The notes beneath the pieces were generated by a model. The model worked only from the letters and a program-made list of their open reading frames with translations, was not told the origin of the DNA and ran no database searches. The translations under genes were made by a program, and so were the position numbers. A stretch of 64,000 nucleotides of DNA from Rhizodiscina lignyota (Eukaryota): assembly GCA_010015805.1 (NCBI GenBank), contig ML978135.1, positions 620,001-684,000 on the forward strand, given 5' to 3'. Of this stretch, positions 53,142 through 64,000 are shown piece by piece; the stretch's first letter is position 1; each line of letters opens with the position of its first letter.

Positions 53142-55100
53142 ATGCATCCAACAGAGGAACTGCCCTCACTCAGGGCAACGTTAAGACTAGGTGTAAGTTG
53201 ATATGACCCTTGAAATATGTTGACTTGACTAACATCATGTGAATAGGGCAAAGACACAATCTCTACCAGTCAGTAACAATTGCCAGCACTAAATTTTCAG
53301 GTTCTGCCAAAGGCCAACTTTCTCACAAATTGCTGCTAGCTACGCTTTATGATGTCAAGTTCTACCCCTACAACCCGCCCGGAGTCGACCCCGTCTTCGC
53401 TATTTGTGGAGGACCCTGTGTAAGTCTCCCACCGCTAGTCTGCATACGATTCTCCTTGCTCCTTTCACTCACGTGATCGCAGGTTTGGATATGTCGGCCC
53501 GTCTACAGCAAGGACACATCAATAGAGATCTTGAGGGTCTTCCAAGATGAGGACGTTCGTACATCGTCTCGCTCTATATATACTCCGCGCTAATTTGTTG
53601 CGCCGCAGGAGGAAGAGAATCTCAACAGCCTTGCGTGGTCCAGAGATTTCCACACTGGAGATCCTCTCGTCTTGGCCTCCAGCGAGAGGCCAAAGATCAA
53701 CGTCCTGAATGTTACGACTGGCCAGCTCGTTCGGGTAAGCCGAAGACAAGATTCAGCCGACAAGAATATGTCAATGGCCATGCTAACACTATATTAGACA
53801 ATCATTGGCCATGGCGCCGTAAGTAATTGAATTCCTTAATTTAGTCCCGCTACTTCGCTCACTTACGCAACTTACGCAACCAAAGGCAATCAACGACCTT
53901 GCAATATCCCCGCAGTCACCATACGTTCTTGCTTCAGCATCCAACGACCACACCGTCCGCATCTGGAATCTGGATCCTGCACTCGAGAAGTTCTCCTGCG
54001 CCGCCATATGTGCTGGAGAAGGCCACACGGACGGCATATTGGCATGCGTAAGTCAACCCTCCAGCTTCCTTGCTGGAGAATCCCAATAACTGGAATATCA
54101 GGCATGGCATCGATCCGGCCGCTACCTCCTCTCTGGTGGACACGACGCGATTGTGAACATGTGGGTGATACCTGACATTCCCGACGAGAACAGCGGAACA
54201 GACCATGTCACAACGATCCATTACCCGCACTTCACCACGAACGAGGTCCACTCCGACTACGTCGACTGCCTGCAGTTTTTCGGCGACCTCATACTCTCGC
54301 GCTCTGCCAAAGAAAGCAAGATATACCTCTGGCGCATCAGGAACTTCTCCCCAGATCTCTACACCACGCACGCCTCCATTCCTTCCCCTACAGCTCCAGA
54401 GATAGGCCACTCCTCCTTCACTCGCTCCGCATTCGGCTCGGGCTTCGAACGCCTCCTGACCTTCGAGACGCCCTACGCCGACCTATTCTACATGCGCTTC
54501 TCCCTCTTCCACATGCCGCATAAGCGGCCCATCCTCTGTGCCGGCAACGAGCGCAGCAAAGTCTTCTTCTGGGACATACAGCGCCTTGAAGAAGGCCCTC
54601 CCGAGGCCTCCGAGACCGGCCGCTGGGCCGGCCACAGGAAGAAGACCATGCTACAAGGCGAGTTTGACTACTTGGACGACGACACGAACGCCTCTACTAC
54701 CGATGCAAACGCAGCCGAAAGCGTCGAGACCACTGTTGTCCCGGGCGGCTTCAAGGTGCCCACGCGGCAGAAGCGCAAAAGGGATGATTTGCGCGAAGCG
54801 TCGCTCGCGTCGTCGGTGTCGCAGTCCGGCACCCCGTCCACGTCGATCACCCATGCTACGCAATCGTCGAACCCGTTCGGTATGGGTACCATGGGGACAA
54901 AGGGCAAGGGCAAGGACGTCGACCCGGAGAAGAAGTATGGCGTGGATGATCCGTTCCGCGAGCTGCAGGCGCACAAGTTCCAGGTTGTGCCGAAGGTGAC
55001 GTTCTGCGTGCGGCAGGTGGCGTGGAGTCCGGGCGGGGAATGGTGCGTTGTCTGTGGAGACAACGGGATGGTGGCGGTTTTCTCCCGGTGGATGAATTAG
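53142..55100 (+). CDS. EED: Polycomb PRC2 WD40 subunit EED/ESC, multi-exon
   Basis: LYDVKFYPY, GHG.AINDL, ASASNDHTVRIWNL, GEGH, LLSGGHD, VHSDYVDC, FYMRF and RQVAWS. The start exon is approximate. Confidence 0.88.
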
Positions 55101-56380
55101 ACGGTGCGTTCTGAGGCTTTGTTTTCAAAGGTTTAACATACGGTAGCGTGGTATCGGAAAGTGCATAGCGTGGGGAGTCTAGCAAGGCCCGGAGTTAATG
55201 AATCAAGGAACTTAGATACCCGTACACAACGAATGGAAGAGGCTTCTCGCTCGCTTGAAGTTATGACTTTGTGACTGCGTGCGGATAGTGGAGAACGAAT
55301 CTATATAAGCGGGATTGAGGGCTCCAACAGGCGTGTGGCTTTAGCAGAAGAAGCATTTAGCATAAGTATGCTTGAACTCGACCATTACTGCCTCAAGCAT
55401 GCAATACAGCTCAACCTTAGCGGAGACAGAGCCTTCTCCATATCGGCGCGAGACGTAGGAAGACGCTTCGCTACGGAGGAAGCAGAACTTAAACAACACT
55501 GCCCCGCACTAAGAGCAAGCCTTGGTCTAAATTGAATAGGAGCTTCACTGCCCTGGCGATAGTGATAGAGGAAGCCTCGAACTTGGCGAAAATAAACTTT
55601 GCCGACTACTTCAGATAGTATAAAACACACCTCCGTCTTACAACACCGACGTTGACCATACCGTGCACAGCGCAGAAGAGGCTTCTGCGTCAAGCCAAAC
55701 AAGCACTGAACAATGTCGCGCAAGGTAAAGAATAAGGTTCTCGGAATAGCCTGGCTTTGCGCGGGGAATAGAAGAAGCCCCCGGTTTGGCACAGATAAGA
55801 GCTGGACAGTATTATGCGAGGTCTCCGAGGATGATTCTTGCTTAGTCACATTGAGTCTTGGGCGATGTTCGGCGAGCAAGTTCGTAGACTTGGAAGTGTT
55901 CACCGTTCAAGCCGAAGTATATAAGCAGCTCTTTCTTCGAAAAACAACGCCGGACTATGACAGCATACCCAAGGAGCTACCAGGCTTAGGCGGCTGCTGG
56001 AAGAGCAAGACGCAATCGAGTCGATAAAGTCACGGTTTCTAAGAACAGCTGCAGCATTTAGCAACGATCTGCAGTACTGCTCAGGTTGGATGATGTGCAT
56101 CATCGCGAGGCCAAGAAGATGAGCACGTCCTTCATATACAGTGTGCACAATTGTCCTAGTATCGTAGCTCTAGACGGATCGTGGCAGGACAGTGAAGAGA
56201 CCGTGGTAGAGATCTGTCGATAAGGGTCTTGCATCGCCTGTTAGCCCCAACTCTTTATAGCATTCCTTCACAACCACTGTTATTTGTGACTGAAGTAAAG
56301 AAGTTCTGAGAAATTTAGCACCAGGGTACACTTCCAACTTCATTATATTTTCAGTTGCGACTGGTTCATTCCCCATGTCT

Positions 56381-57797
56381 CTATTCCGCTTCTCCATCAA
56401 TCGTACTGGTAGCCGAAGCTGTTGGTTCAGCCATGTCTTCCAAATCCACTCCAACCCCTTTTAATGCGTCAACTGCCCACCTCTCGACGCTTTTCCCGTT
56501 ATCGGTGTATAGCTGCTTGAAGAAACCTCGCAGGAATTCTGGAAATCGATCATCGAGGATCGCCTGCCGAGCATTCTTCATCAGGTTCAGCAGATACCAC
56601 ACATTGTGCATACTAAGTATGTGTGCGGCTGCTGTCTCCTTTCCGGCGATGTGGTGAATAAATGCCCTCGTCAAGCCCAGCCCTCCTTCCTCTTTCGGCT
56701 TGCACGCTGGACATCCGCAGGTGTCGTCGATCGGAATGAAGCTATTGGCGTTCGAAGCATGACGCAGGTTGAGCATGCCTGACGGTACAATCGCGTTCCC
56801 GAAGCGCGCCGTACGAGTCGGCCAGACGCAGTCGAACATGTCGGCGCCGAGCGCAACCGAGACGAGCAAGTCGGCTGGGTAGCCGATGCCCATAACATAG
56901 CGAGGCTTGTTCTCGGGCAATAGAGACGTGCAAGTATCGACAACTTTGCAATACGATTCCTTTGCTTCTCCACCGGAAAGCCCACCGATCGCAATTCCAG
57001 GTGTGTCCCTTGCAACCATCTCCTTACAGCACTCCTTTCTCAAGTTCAAGTCCAATCCACCCTGTATGATACAAAACAGGTTCTGCGACTCTGGCATTTT
57101 GTGTGCGGCAATACATCGGTCGAGCCAGCGCACTGAACGGTACATCGCCTCTTCCATCCGCGCAAGGTCGGGGGAAGTGGTCGCAATCACGTCGTCAAGC
57201 TGCATGATGATATCCGAACCGATGGAATTCTGGAGCGAGATGGAATGTTCGGGAGTGAGGAGCATAGGGCTGCCATCGTGAGGCGATAGGAATCGTACGC
57301 CTTCTTCGGTGACTTTCGCAAGCTTCAGCAAAGAAACCATCTGAAAACTGGTTGAAATTTGTCAGTGACCGGACTCGATATCGCCAGGCGGTATGACTGA
57401 CCCTCCGCTATCTGTCAAACATCAGCTCCATGCTCTTGCAGAATTGATTCATGGTCTCAAGCACCTGTGAGGATATTGTGCGGCCATGACTGCAACTTGT
57501 GCGCTCCTCCAATCGCATCCAATGTTGCTTGGCCAGGCTTCAAGCCCAAATGGTAGGTGTTGTTCAGACATAATCTACAACCCGTGCTTTCGAGCTGATC
57601 CGGCGTAAGGCCTTTCAGGGATGCTTGAGTGGCCACAGGCATGAACATAGGGAGTTGGACGGGGCCATGAGGTAGATGGAGGATCGCGGTGCGAGCCTTT
57701 GTGGTCTGGGGTTGTTAGCAGGCGCAAGACTGCAAACTGGTTGAAGTTGGCATACAGAGCACTTGGCTAACAATTCATACTTGAGAGCAGATGGCAT
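56381..57797 (-). CDS. QTRT1: Queuine tRNA-ribosyltransferase catalytic subunit
   Basis: FMPVATQ, LNNTYHL, TDSGGFQ (spliced), MQLDD, IIQGG, IGGLSGGE, PRYVMG, DMFDCVWPTR and Zn ligands CxCxxC...H. Confidence 0.93.
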
Positions 57798-58538
57798 GCG
57801 CATTTGCTCCATTCAGATGTCGCATGTTGATCCAAAAGTTGGGACGATGAGTTCAGCTCAAGAGAAAAATCTACGTGTCGGCAAGTCCCGTTTTGCTTCA
57901 TCCTCGCCGCGACTTCAGTTGCGCTGGGACCCGCAAGGGACTTGCGATAAGAACTATCACTGCTCCCAGCGTACCCGCTTCTCCTTCTGAACGTTGGGTA
58001 TTCCATACATCACATGCTGCTTGAAGACGAATGCTATCCGGATGTGCAATCGCAGTCTTAGCTCAGATTATCGTTTTCTATTTCCAGGTCTCTCCGTGCT
58101 TACCCTACCGAGACGGGGATACGGAGCCATACCAAAGCCGTGAGCTTCTTACCTTTTTTATATCTTAGAAATTTCTTCAATCTTTCATTATGTCTGTGCT
58201 TAACATTCGTGCGATTCCGTCTTCACAGCCTCAGAAATTTTCATTCCGATATACCTCATCGCAGAACGGCTAGCATGGACGCGCCATCAGTCCACTCTGA
58301 AAAGCCATCACTCAAGACACGGCATTGCGAAAAAGTGGAACAGCAGATTCAAGCTATGACAACCGCGGTCAGGATGCGCGTTGTTGGTCTCTATCGCTTC
58401 TGGCAGATGTTTCCGTACACCTTAATGCAACTGGAAGAGGACAATCTTTAAACAGTCGTGGACATAACCGATCGGGAGCTCTCCTGACGCATCCACCACA
58501 TCGACCTCCGCTTAACTCTCTCCGCCAAGATACCGACT

Positions 58539-60758
58539 TCATGCTTTCAAGGACGCGTAAACCTCATCCAATGGCGGAGCTTTCCTTGCGGGGAATGTCG
58601 CTTCCCATGCTGCTTGCACCCGAATAAGTACGGCATCTTGGTGCGGCGAAGCCATCGCGGCAAGGGCAAAAGGTCGTCCATTGTAATCGATGTATCCAAG
58701 TGGAAGCGTGGCGATTGGTGAACCTGTACCCACAGATCAGCTTCTGTTAAAATTCATGATACTAGCATCAATGCGCTCCTCGCATCGAAGATCGTGTCAA
58801 AGCAGTCGCAGAAAGTCCGGCAGCAAAGGCACTGGTACCATCACTGGCACATCCTCCATTTGGAGCTTCACTTTGCCAGCGTCGTTTGGGAAAGAGATGG
58901 TTACTGAGGAGCTGGTCTTGGGCGGGGCCTTCCGAAGCATGTCTGGCCGGATGCTTAACGTGACTGATATCAGGCAGCAAGCTTTTCGTTCTGACCAGTA
59001 CACTCACCAACACGACATCGAAACATTTGGCGGAGCATTCGGAGGCATCATCTTTCGACGAGACCCGTTTATTTTTCACTCAGAAGGATTGATGCGGAGC
59101 AGGACCAAGACCCTCGGCAGACTGATGGGGGCAATAAGGAGAAGAGGAGCTACGTACCTGCAGCGGCAGCAATGTAATACAACTGACTGTCGGCTGGACC
59201 AATGATCACATCAACCCCATCGTCTGCTAAGATCTTATCAATACCCTCTCTGCCGCATACTCTTCGATTGTATGCGAGAAGATCATCATATTCCTGTTGA
59301 GTCATTTTAGAGTTAACAGAATCCAAGATGCGCGCCTGGTTGTCTTTCCCTGTAAAACTGTCAGCCTTCTATCCGTTGCCCGCGCACGAGAGACGTATGT
59401 ACCAGGAGGGAGCTCCTGCTCTCGATGGTCTTCATTGAACTTGACAAGTTCTTCCAAACTTTTAACTTTACTCTCCTTGAGCTCAGCAAAGTAATTTTCG
59501 AGGTCTCGTTTGAAGTCGTACGCTAACTAGTCAACGTCTCACATCATTTCGCGGTTGTCGGATAAGCACGTACTGAGTAGGCCCCAGAGATTCTTGGTCT
59601 TATTCTGACTTGTTTCATCGTACGTCTTTAGGTCCACCTTCTTGACAGTCGCCGCCATGGTCTTCAACTTGTCGTATGCCGCGTTGATTTCTGCAACCTG
59701 ATGTTCCTTAGTCATCTTGTAAATGTGTTCGGCTGGTCTGCTTACCATTTGCTCCTTCGTCCCAGGTGGAAAACTGGCGAAGCCAACTGGAGGCTCATGG
59801 TGGTAATACGGCGCTGGTTCAACGTATCCAATGCGCAGACTTCCCCAGCTCGGATCTTTCAAACAAGATACATAGCCGCCTTCCGGCTTCCCAATCGCTT
59901 TACTTGGCTCAACCATCGCATCAAGGCACACTGCTTCGTCCCATACACACTTCGTCATGGGACCAGTACTGTCGAAGTTTTTACTAATCGGAATCACTCC
60001 TTTACCGCTCACGATCCCTCCATCTAGTGTTGTCGGCTTGATCGTGTACAGCGCCGCTCGATCAGCAGGCATTGTTAAACTTCCACAGGTCTCGCTCCCT
60101 ATACTGAGTGGCGCGAATCCTGCCGCTACACTCGTAGCAGAGCCAGCACTTGAGCCTCCAGGAGACGTCTGGCCGCCAGGTGCGTCGTTGGGATCTACGC
60201 CCCCGACGATGTAAGGCGAATGAGCTTGCCCAGAGACCGCATTCCAACCACATGGAATATTTTCGCCCTTATAATAGGCCCATTCAGAGAGACTGGCCTT
60301 TCCAATGATGATAAGGCCTGCGTCGACGAGCCGTTGGGTGACAACAGCATTCCCGGGCACGACAGATCCAGAGAGCGCAAGCGATCCTGCAGTCGTGTCC
60401 ATTCCCATTTCTGGGTCTGTAGCAATATTGTCCTGGGAGCGTCAATCGTCCATTCGAATGGGAAATGAGAAACACATAGCTTGCAGATGGCAAAAATAAA
60501 CCAGCTCACTTTGAGTAGAATTGGAATTCCATGTAGGGGACCTCTCAGCATTCCCATGCCTCTTTCTTGATCCAATGTGTCTGCAACCTTATAGACATAA
60601 TCGGTCGGCGCCACTGAAAGCACTCCCCGAAACCGATCATTATACTTTGATATGTGCTCCAAATAAATCTGTACGAGCTCCTTGCTGGTCACATCGCCTG
60701 CGATCAATTGATCCTGTAAATCGCGAGCGGTCGCGGTCAGCACATCAATCTTTGCCAT
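58539..60758 (-). CDS. Amidase signature family enzyme, multi-exon
   Basis: GPLHGIPILLK|DNI (Lys), PGGSSAGS, GSETCGSL (Ser nucleophile), and C-terminal GSPIATLPLG..NGRPF. Confidence 0.9.
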
Positions 60759-61194
60759 ATTCACACTTTGGAAGGATACTGATTGCGCGCATGCTGGATT
60801 GAGTGACTCGAAGCATATTTGAATATTTATACACGTTTCGGTTACGTACAATCGTACATTATCTGACTAAAAGTCCAAATGCAAAGGCTCGAAGGAGAAG
60901 GTCGGAATAAGCGTGTCCATTATCGGCTCAACATCGCAGGCACATAATCGCCCGATCAGTGTGCTAGCGACTAGATAGGCACATTGTAACCGCGAGTTTT
61001 CGATGATGGGCACCTGTACTACCTTCGCCCCAGAAAGGCGCTAGTACGATCTCGTATTGTAGCTGGGATGCGCGGAGCCACGTGAACCCGCGAAGAAGCT
61101 ATTCCAAAAGTAGTTGAGCAAAGACTTTCTTATCCCTTTCCCGTGCAACACCCTCCTCCACGGACACCGATTTAAAGTTAGACCTTTTAGTCAG

Positions 61195-61950
61195 ATGGTT
61201 CCCCGTCCAATTCAGCTCCCGTACCGTGTTGGCACGGACATCTGTCACGCCTCCAGGGTACGGTCCTTGATACTCAATGGCCCAATGTCGAGACAGCCCA
61301 AAGCCCGAACAACAAAGCTTGTCTACCGCAACATACGATTCTTGGTCAATCGATTCCTGACCGTCGAGGAGCAGCGTGGTTTCTGGTCTAGGTATCACAT
61401 TATTGACCTTGTCCCAAACGAGAGGGACGAGGGCAAAGGCGAGGACAGATTGGTTCCGGATCCTACGCATTTTCTTGCTGGCAGGTATGTGGAGCTGCAG
61501 GAGATCTGCATAAGGCTATGAATTTCAGTTATTCTTTTTTGGAGGGATTGGATTCTAAATAACTGCAGATGGGCATCAAAAGAGGCTATTATAAAAGCAG
61601 CTTCACCCCGAAAGCTGACATTTGCGGATATTATGATTTTTCCAATTTTTCCACGGAACTGGCAAGGGCCAGAGGGGATCATACTGGACAAACCTGCAAA
61701 AATGATGCAAGACGTTCATCGTGAACAGAAGACTCATTCTGAATTCTCTGCTACTGAAGGAGAAGCATGGAACGAGGCCAGACATCAGGTTGATTATAAC
61801 CACTACCCCTCCGCCAACCCTGTCTTCTCCAAACCCGTATCAAACGACCAGCTATACCATGGTGTTGAAGGCCAGGCAGTCAGTTTGACTATAAGTCACG
61901 ATGGCGACTATGCGGTGGCAACCTGTATCCTCCCGGTGCAGGTGGAATGA
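61195..61950 (+). CDS. AcpS-type 4'-phosphopantetheinyl transferase (mitochondrial Ppt2/PptB-like), 2 exons
   Basis: VGTDIC, FLAGR|WASKEAIIKA and LTISHDGDYAVA. Intron ~61485-61569. Confidence 0.88.
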
Positions 61951-62747
61951 AACTCGAACGACAACGGATCTCGATTCGACATAGACAACACTGGCATCAT
62001 CATTACAGTATGAGCCTCCCATCGAAAGTTATTACGATGAGTTGCGGACTATCGCACTCTACCTCAGCCGTATCTGGTACAACATGTCATGAGCAGTTCG
62101 AGAGCATATCTAACGTGTTTTATTGCAGCGCAATTATGTTCAAGTCTTTGTACTGTACTCTCCATTTACTCTCACACATTTTTGTATGCGAACACTCGAA
62201 CTGTCTTCTTCAGAGAATGGTGGTGGCTTGGGTCCCGGCTGTTTGGGACAAGGAGCTGCTGTGCCGCAATCATTTCATTTCGTGACGCCCTGTCTGGCGT
62301 TCTTGCTTACAACCCTGTCCATGCACCTTGTATCTGTTCGGAATATGGCGCCATGTTTTATGGTGGCTCTCTTTTGCGCTGTTCTATTCGTTCATCAAAT
62401 ATGGGGGCGGCGCTGTGCCTGAGGCTGACGGCGGCTCGTACTCCGTACACCCGCATGCTCTGAGGCAGTCCCTGATACACTTTCAGGCTCTTAATCGCGG
62501 AGATATCTCTTCATTCTCTTCTGAAGCTTGTGTGCGACGTTAACATCAGCCGCTTGTCTCAACCCTCATCCCCTACCTCCGGGGCCTAAAGGCCTCTCTC
62601 ATCTGCGGTCTTCGTGGCCCTATAAATCTGTCTAGAAAGCTCTCCTTGGCCCTGGCGACATAGACGCACCAAGTTCAAGTCCTTGTTTCTTATTTTCAGC
62701 ACTACTTTACCACCATAGCAGAATCGCAGCGTCTACTCTCGCCTGCA

Positions 62748-64000
62748 ATGCTGTATCGGATATCACGGCAGGCCATCCTCGACGATATTGCGAAGACAGA
62801 GAATGCAGGCGACGAGCTTGAATTGCAGTGCATTGCCTTGCGCTCTGACGTAACTCGTTGTGAGCATATTGCATCACTATCGCTTACAGAGTTCATCGAG
62901 GCTTTCTTGCAAAGCATTCCTGCTGGTTCGAATCGTGAGGATCGGCTACCTGCGCAGATTTGAGATGGACTCCGCAAGGGATTATTATGCCCTGAACATG
63001 AATCCCGCCTCACAAAAAAACTCAAGCTGCAATCTGCCCGACCCAGTGCTGAATCTTTGGCCTACCAGGCTTCGCCAGCACCTGAGATTACCATCGGCTC
63101 GCCAGTACAGCCTTCGATATTAGTGCCTAGTGACGGAGAATCGCAATCAGAAACGATACCTGGCGGTAAGAGACAGAGTCAACATGGGGCGGCCAGTCCC
63201 GAGGGGGCACCAACACCTTCGAACAAGCACGGGAGAGCTCATTCAGGCCCGTCATCTGCCACAAACCCTCGGATTGAAGTGGAGGGTGTAGAAATCACGG
63301 CTTCCACCTCTCGATTGCCATCAAATCTCAGCCCTCCAGCATCCCGGAAGAAGGGGAGGAGGAAGAGCGCGCCAGGAGCAACGACCTCAAGCACTTCGGC
63401 TACTCCTGTCAAGTCGTTACACCGTGGGGATCTCTCTGAAAAGCGTACATTTTCCGAAAGCCATTCCGTCGCAAGAATCATGTCGAATCAGAAACGCATG
63501 GCTGGTTCGAGCCGCAAACGTTCAAGCCTTCGTGAATCGGACTTTCCAGAAAGACCAGCTACCCCTCCAAATATCGACTCGACGACAAGAGATGACCGTA
63601 ATGGCGTTTCAGACACGATAATGCAAGATTACGCGGAAGATGTAGACACGGCAGAAGACAGTGAAAGTGTCTCTATAGTTTCGACTCCTAGCAAGCCATC
63701 ATCTTCCCAGCCACCGAACACGAAACCCCCTAAAAAACACACACCGACTGGAATTGACCAGCTGATAAAGGAGCGTTTACGCCAGCCAAAACCTTCTCGG
63801 GTGACAGAGACCACGGGTTATGTCTACATGATACAAGATAGTGGCCGGCCGCATTTGATCAAAATTGGCTGCTCAAAAGGTCAACCGATCACAAGGGAAG
63901 ACGCAATCGAGACGACTTGTAATATCGTTGGGGATCTTTCCATCATTCGTGACGAGCAGCTTCCACATCGATATTATCTCCGTGTGGAGAAATTGGTGCA
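62748..64000 (+). pseudogene. T5orf172/Mug113 (GIY-YIG-like) domain gene with one in-frame TGA; runs off the window
   Basis: One frame reads QCIALRSDVTRC..QI*DGLRKGLLCPEH, then a low-complexity linker, then GYVYMIQDSGRPHLIKIGCS...RVEKLV. The only stop in that frame is TGA 62961-62963. Confidence 0.7.

Noticed and set aside
55335..56150. Short ORF fragments between EED and TGT
   Set aside because: No recognisable family and no coherent exon chain.
62961..62963. Selenocysteine reading of the in-frame TGA
   Set aside because: Dikarya lack the Sec machinery, and there is no redox-motif context.

Overview
This is eukaryotic, intron-rich DNA from a filamentous ascomycete (Pezizomycotina; Dothideomycete-like is my inference only). 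Introns are mostly ~50-65 nt GT-AG with CTRAC branch points. I can support about 26 genes. Housekeeping genes include a PWI/Snu71-type splicing factor, mitochondrial bS21, PGI, a CDF zinc transporter, enoyl-CoA hydratase, a PAS protein, PRC2 EED, queuine TGT and an AcpS-type PPTase. Plant-wall CAZymes are PL4, a GH5 mannanase and a GH43 with a CBM. A compact left-hand block (HSL esterase, cupin, IDO, MFS transporter, Zn2Cys6 factor, P450) may be a co-regulated catabolic cluster. Accessory or conflict-type loci include a decayed HET-domain gene, a caspase-fold protease, a multi-TM/F-box/Cys-rich fusion, a secreted repeat peptide precursor, a hyaluronan-synthase-like GT2, and a T5orf172 gene broken by one in-frame TGA. 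I recognised no rRNA, tRNA, CRISPR array or intact transposon. All family calls come from reading motifs by eye, and no searches were run.
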